Below, piece by piece: positions 1-7,907 of a stretch of DNA of 7,907 nt. Made by a program: the position numbers and the translations under genes. Numbering within the stretch: the first letter of the stretch is position 1; each line of letters starts with the position of its first letter. The notes under the pieces are model-generated. The model did no database searches. It was not told where the DNA came from and was given only the letters and a program-made list of their open reading frames with translations. Source of the DNA: a virus. Its lineage: Monodnaviria > Loebvirae > Hofneiviricota > Faserviricetes > Tubulavirales. The DNA is taken from the IMG/VR virus record IMGVR_UViG_2703718786_000001, positions 1-7,907 of that record, one strand, 5' to 3'.

Positions 1-16
1 GAAAATCACGGTCAGC
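1..16. repeat. Terminal redundancy: 16 nt at 1-16 are identical to 7892-7907, so the unit genome is circular and 7,891 bp
   Basis: Exact match of gaaaatcacggtcagc at both window ends. The pIII frame on the minus strand stays open and in phase across the junction. Confidence 0.8.
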
Positions 17-142
17 AACTTCTGAAACAGATGAAACAATATAATCATCAACAGTTATATTCTGTCGTTCGATAATTTTTTCTATCTTCTTTATTACATC
101 AACGGGTATTTGTAGCCGGATTTCTGTCTTTTGCATAAAAAC

Positions 143-220
143 TCACATATTACTCTTAAAACCCATAACACAACAAAGCCCACAAAGAGAGCCGTACATC
201 ATGAAAATAAATTCCCACAT
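143..220 (-). CDS. Hypothetical 25-aa hydrophobic, Cys-rich peptide (MWEFIFMMYGSLCGLCCVMGFKSNM)
   Basis: ATG at 220-218 preceded by GGAG 6 nt upstream. It sits just after the coat-gene terminator and was too short for the ORF track. No homology evidence; could be chance. Confidence 0.2.
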   Translation of the reverse strand: MWEFIFMMYGSLCGLCCVMGFKSNM

Positions 221-234
221 AAAGAACTCCGATC

Positions 235-256
235 AAAAAAGGGCGGATATCCGCCC
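235..256 (-). terminator. Rho-independent terminator downstream of the major coat gene
   Basis: Palindrome gggcggatatccgccc (241-256) followed on the minus strand by TTTTTT (plus-strand A-run 235-240), just 3' of the coat stop codon at 274-276. This is the position of the strong terminator after gVIII in Ff phages. Confidence 0.7.
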
Positions 257-273
257 TTCCCCATAAAAACAAC

Positions 274-525
274 TCAGATACTTCTGACGGCACCCCATAC
301 CTTACGAACGCCAGCAAAAGTCAGATAAACAGCCACTCCTGAAACACCGATAGAAAGAATAACGGCAGAAACAGAAGACATATCAATACTGCTAGTCAAT
401 GATGAAAAATCGACTGTGCTTTCAGCAAAAGACGGAGATGCAGCAAGAGCAGAAGCAGCGGAGAGAGATAAAACTGCACCTTTCTTATTAACACCCTTAA
501 AAAAATTAGTCATTTTTGCAAACAT
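274..525 (-). CDS. Major coat protein precursor (pVIII-like), 83 aa
   Basis: ATG at 525-523 with AAGGAG 9 nt upstream. N-terminal signal peptide (MFAKMTNFFKGVNKKGAVLSLSAASALAASPSFA) followed by a predicted mature peptide of about 49 aa with an acidic N-terminus, a hydrophobic core and a basic C-terminus (..AGVRKVWGAVRSI), the typical inovirus coat layout. The tracked ORF start at 585 is probably too long. Confidence 0.75.
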   Translation of the reverse strand: MFAKMTNFFKGVNKKGAVLSLSAASALAASPSFAESTVDFSSLTSSIDMSSVSAVILSIGVSGVAVYLTFAGVRKVWGAVRSI

Positions 526-527
526 AA

Positions 528-701
528 TTAAAGTCTCCTTATTAGACTCCAGATTGTGGAAATAATCATGCCAAGAAAAAAACAAAATACTGGCAGTGAA
601 AACCCCGTTAAAAACGCCGAAGAATCAATCCCCGACACATCAGGTATCCCCACGCAAACAGCATTAATTTGCGTGGAAACTGAATCCGAATTAGCCGACA
701 T
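528..701 (-). CDS. Small hypothetical protein, 57 aa, with a hydrophobic C-terminal segment; occupies the pVII/pIX (minor coat) position
   Basis: Translation MSANSDSVSTQINAVCVGIPDVSGIDSSAFLTGFSLPVFCFFLGMIISTIWSLIRRL. Its stop TAA (530-528) lies 2 nt before the coat ATG and its last codons contain the coat Shine-Dalgarno, a coupled arrangement typical of gIX/gVIII. The start is uncertain; internal GTG starts are possible. Confidence 0.35.
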   Translation of the reverse strand: MSANSDSVSTQINAVCVGIPDVSGIDSSAFLTGFSLPVFCFFLGMIISTIWSLIRRL

Positions 702-704
702 ATG

Positions 705-935
705 TTACATTAAACATTTACAGTCCTCTATGAACTTTAAACAAAGTGCATTAAGCCTTATCAGCTTTGTCATTTCATAAGAATCCAGCGGAATGCGAGG
801 ATTATTAAGCAACAGTGAAATATGACTCATACACACAATGAATATGTCAAATGCAACCGAATAATTAGAGGAGGAAAACTCAGCCACACCTTTACTGTAA
901 TAAGATTGTATAAGCCCGACGAAATCCCTACTCAT
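705..935 (-). CDS. Small hypothetical protein, 76 aa; positional equivalent of a minor virion or morphogenesis protein
   Basis: ATG at 935-933 overlaps the TGA stop of the upstream gV-like gene (ATGA overlap). It is the internal start of tracked ORF 705..986. No recognisable motif. Confidence 0.4.
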   Translation of the reverse strand: MSRDFVGLIQSYYSKGVAEFSSSNYSVAFDIFIVCMSHISLLLNNPRIPLDSYEMTKLIRLNALCLKFIEDCKCLM

Positions 936-1303
936 AATTTGTCTTTTCCATCTTTTGAATCCAGTGGGATAAAAACTAAATCCCACGGACGTGCTGTATT
1001 AATGGCTCCGCGTTCATTGACTTTGAAGTATGAAGGGTGAATAAGATAACGACCAACCGAATATGGTGGCTGCCCATCATTAACTGGAACAACGATTTCA
1101 ATACGCTCGCGACCACGCTCTAATAACATCTTCTGTATACGTGATTCACGCTCAACCATCTTTTTTGAACCATCATCATTAAATACTGGTTCACCATTCT
1201 TATCTTTTTCCTGATAGGAAAAAGTATTTACTTCAATAACATCATCCCCTTCTTCTACAACAACAATCAGAAGGTCACGGGTATCAAGCGTTATCTTAGC
1301 CAT
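932..1303 (-). CDS. ssDNA-binding protein (Ff gene V-like / CTXphi RstB-like), 123 aa
   Basis: ATG at 1303 with AAGGAG 8 nt upstream. The segment DGQPPYSVGRYLIHPSYFKVNERGAI resembles the DNA-binding region of Ff gVp (EGQPAYAPGLYTVHLSSFKVGQFGSL, recalled from memory). It lies immediately downstream of the replication gene as in Ff and CTX phages. Confidence 0.65.
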   Translation of the reverse strand: MAKITLDTRDLLIVVVEEGDDVIEVNTFSYQEKDKNGEPVFNDDGSKKMVERESRIQKMLLERGRERIEIVVPVNDGQPPYSVGRYLIHPSYFKVNERGAINTARPWDLVFIPLDSKDGKDKL

Positions 1304-1315
1304 AATTAAATCTCC

Positions 1316-2443
1316 TTAAGCAACAAGATATAGTTCTGCTTTACGCTCACGATAAAAATCTGGTTTCACAACAACATCATTAAACTCAATTTCTTTAATT
1401 TCTCTGATGATGACGCCAGGAAACAGAGAAACATTGTATTCCCGCGCGATGTCTATACCAATTTTACGAAGTCTTGCCCGATGCTCTTTAATCTGCCTTT
1501 TAGATAAATCAAACCGTTCACCATTAGCCCATGAATACGCATAAAAAGCAGTTGTATGCGCAGCCCTGACAGTGTCAACTATCTTTTTCTCTAAAAGTTC
1601 TGAAGCAACACTTTTCACATCCATAGTAGAAGGTCTCGTTTTTTTATGTATATCAACAAACTCATTTAATAAAGGATATAACTCACCTTCAAAATCAGCA
1701 TAACCCCAGTCAGTAAGATTCTGTTTCTTCAAAAAGCGTCTTTTTAATTTCAGTTCAAACCTGATTACACCATATATAAGCAGGAACTCATACAATTTCT
1801 GGAGGTAGCGATATTCTTCACTATCAGTACCAAATTTTTTCTCTGTCTTTTTCATTGAATGGATAAGGAGATCATGACTTTTATTATAAATACTTGGATA
1901 CATGTAATTAACTTTCCCCCCATCCGTCATAAAATCAGCAGTCTGACCATTAGGTCGTAGATTTCCATTCATACGACGAAAAGTCAGCATAGAAAGCGCA
2001 CGTATTACGCTGTTTTCATTGCCCGGACCAACAGCAATATTTCTGTTCACGTGTGTCTCAATGACCTGAGCGCCATCCCATACATGACCGCAGTAAGAAC
2101 CATCTGCACATTGACGAAGTTTTCGTCGACGACCTTTGGTAAACTCCGGCAGCCCAAGCGAGCGTAAGATCTGGTTAAAAACACCAAAACATTCATCCAC
2201 TGAGGCACATCCAAAAACGTTATCCAGCTTTCCCCACCGAGACGGATTACCGGACATTGTCAGTTCAGAACCACGAATTTTGATAGAAACAACGTCACTG
2301 AAAGATCCTTCATGAACAAAAACAGGTTGAGAAAGAGAAGAAACTTCCCCCGTTTCAAGGTGTATGCGCTGATAACCCACATTACTGATGTGGGGCAGTT
2401 CAAAACCAAAGTCCTGCCGAGCTTTCAACCAGTCAAAATTCAT
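1316..2443 (-). CDS. Rolling-circle replication initiation protein (pII/RstA-like)
   Basis: Large ORF with similarity to Ff pII by memory (GKLDNVFG versus GHNVFG; NEN and NGQT motifs). The start is set at ATG 2443 (MNFDW...) because a consensus sigma70 promoter lies just upstream. The longer tracked start at 2551 (MLRCNF..., 411 aa) is also possible and gives a better N-terminal length match to Ff pII. Confidence 0.75.
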   Translation of the reverse strand: MNFDWLKARQDFGFELPHISNVGYQRIHLETGEVSSLSQPVFVHEGSFSDVVSIKIRGSELTMSGNPSRWGKLDNVFGCASVDECFGVFNQILRSLGLPEFTKGRRRKLRQCADGSYCGHVWDGAQVIETHVNRNIAVGPGNENSVIRALSMLTFRRMNGNLRPNGQTADFMTDGGKVNYMYPSIYNKSHDLLIHSMKKTEKKFGTDSEEYRYLQKLYEFLLIYGVIRFELKLKRRFLKKQNLTDWGYADFEGELYPLLNEFVDIHKKTRPSTMDVKSVASELLEKKIVDTVRAAHTTAFYAYSWANGERFDLSKRQIKEHRARLRKIGIDIAREYNVSLFPGVIIREIKEIEFNDVVVKPDFYRERKAELYLVA

Positions 2444-2467
2444 AAAACGAACATGAAAAAGATATGC

Positions 2468-2524
2468 GTAACCATAGATGTTACTATAAGAACATTGCCA
2501 TGTTACTGTCAATACAAATGTTAC
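2468..2524. promoter_or_regulatory. Operator-like repeats in the divergent control region
   Basis: ATGTTAC occurs three times on the plus strand (2478-2484, 2500-2506, 2518-2524), with small inverted repeats gtaac-N7-gttac (2468-2484) and aacat-tgcc-atgtt (2491-2504). The repeats overlap the spacer and -10 region of the putative rep promoter. Confidence 0.35.
2483..2512 (-). promoter_or_regulatory. Candidate sigma70 promoter for the replication gene
   Basis: On the minus strand: TTGACA (plus 2512-2507), an 18-nt spacer, then TATAGT (plus 2488-2483). Predicted transcription start is near 2475, about 30 nt upstream of ATG 2443. Confidence 0.5.
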
Positions 2525-2581
2525 GTAGCAAGTGAAGTTACACCGCAACATAATATGGAAAAAGACGAAGGGAACAAAAAT

Positions 2582-2857
2582 ATGAAATGGTTAGAAGATT
2601 ACATAGATGAGCTAAAAGAGAGGTTAAAACTGCAAAGCGATTATGCAACAGCACAATATCTCGGAATACCAAGGCAAAGTATGACAAAAATAAGAAATAA
2701 TACGGCTTTAATTGGACATGATAAGTGCCTGAAAATAGCCAATGCTTTAAAAATAGACCCTGTTGAAATCATAGCCACTGTCAATGCCCAAAAGGAAAAG
2801 GACAAGGATCTAAAGGCAATGTGGATTCGACTAGCAAAAGAGAAAGGGAATCAGTAA
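2582..2857 (+). CDS. Helix-turn-helix transcriptional regulator (putative phage repressor, Xre/CI-like), 91 aa
   Basis: The only convincing plus-strand gene. ATG at 2582 with purine-rich GAAGGGA upstream. HTH-like segment QSDYATAQYLGIPRQSMTKIRNN. Divergent from the rep gene as rstR is from rstA in CTXphi. The tracked ORF start at 2312 overlaps rep and is rejected. Confidence 0.65.
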   Translation: MKWLEDYIDELKERLKLQSDYATAQYLGIPRQSMTKIRNNTALIGHDKCLKIANALKIDPVEIIATVNAQKEKDKDLKAMWIRLAKEKGNQ

Positions 2858-2858
2858 A

Positions 2859-2876
2859 AGTGCGGGAAACCGCACT
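2859..2876. other. Short hairpin directly after the regulator stop codon
   Basis: agtgcgg-GAAA-ccgcact, a 7-bp stem with a GNRA-type loop. It is followed by a T-run only on the minus strand, so the direction of any terminator function is unclear. Confidence 0.3.
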
Positions 2877-2878
2877 AA

Positions 2879-3207
<329 letters not shown>

Positions 3208-3250
3208 TTATAGCAGTTATCGATAAGACAAAAAGATGCCCCGTTAAAAG

Positions 3251-3346
3251 CAGTGCGTACAAGAGCGTTATGTGTAAATCGGGCGCGGCGATCGCCATTT
3301 TCGCCGCACCCGATTCAACATAACGGCATATACCTTATACGCACTG
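3251..3346. other. Structured element B: second copy of the dif-like forked hairpin
   Basis: Outer stem cagtgcgta (3251-3259) pairs with tacgcactg (3338-3346); the outer-stem changes relative to element A are compensatory (c to t on the left, g to a on the right). Inner 14-bp stem 3278-3291/3301-3314 has one mismatch. Minus-strand arm AGTGCGTATAA-GGTATA-tgccg-TTATGTTGAAT (plus 3313-3345) matches dif at 9/11, 5/6 and 10/11 positions, with a 5-nt insertion. Confidence 0.55.
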
Positions 3347-3614
3347 CAATGAGATGCGGTAAAAACAGACTGAAAGCGACACCGACCCTCACCAGAACGC
3401 TGTAAATCATCAATTCCATCAACATGCCACATCAATGCATGGACGACTCACGCCTTGCGTCGTTCGTCTCGCTGACTGCCCGTTTAAAGGCGGTCTGGCA
3501 GGCGGCGCGTTGCGCTGTCTCCTGCTGCTCTGTCATCTCTCACTGGCTTCGGCGGGCTGACAGCTGCGTCACATGAAACATCATCATGCCGCCTTCCATG
3601 CCGCTGGCGCGGCA

Positions 3615-5932
<2,318 letters not shown>

Positions 5933-5940
5933 TCACCCGT

Positions 5941-6231
<291 letters not shown>

Positions 6232-6245
6232 TCACCACCTGATTA

Positions 6246-7865
<1,620 letters not shown>

Positions 7866-7907
7866 AACCACCCCCAAAATAACAATGTTGCGAAAATCAC
7901 GGTCAGC

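Noticed and set aside
131-328. Plus-strand ORF of 65 aa (MHKNSHITLK...)
   Set aside because: Low-complexity translation with no RBS, lying antisense to the coat terminator and coat gene 3' end. Most likely a chance ORF.
556-780. Plus-strand ORF of 74 aa
   Set aside because: Antisense to the small minus-strand genes whose arrangement (coupled stops and starts, SD sites) is more convincing. No RBS or motif.
822-1040. Plus-strand ORF of 72 aa
   Set aside because: Antisense shadow within the gV-like gene.
2312-2581. N-terminal 90 codons of the tracked plus-strand ORF 2312..2857
   Set aside because: This part overlaps the rep gene and its promoter on the opposite strand and has no HTH content. 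The regulator most likely starts at ATG 2582 (or 2555).

Overview
The window reads as a complete, circularly permuted genome of a filamentous phage (Inovirus-like), about 7,891 bp: the first 16 nt (1-16) are repeated exactly at 7892-7907, and the pIII reading frame stays open across that junction. Almost all genes lie on the minus strand in the classic Ff-like order: replication initiator (pII-like) -> ssDNA-binding protein (gV/RstB-like) -> two small proteins in the pVII/pIX position -> major coat protein (pVIII-like) -> intrinsic terminator -> adsorption protein (pIII-like, with a long Gly-Thr tandem repeat) -> pVI-like -> pI/Zot-family assembly ATPase -> pIV secretin. A single plus-strand gene encodes a small helix-turn-helix regulator, divergent from the replication gene across a promoter/operator-like region. 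The GC-rich intergenic region (about 2858-3614) contains two tandem structured elements of roughly 100 nt, each a long imperfect hairpin whose arms resemble the E. coli-type dif site. With no integrase gene present, this suggests a CTXphi-like, XerCD-dependent integration module; that is the most interesting feature here. All calls come from reading the sequence and ORF translations by eye; no database search was run.
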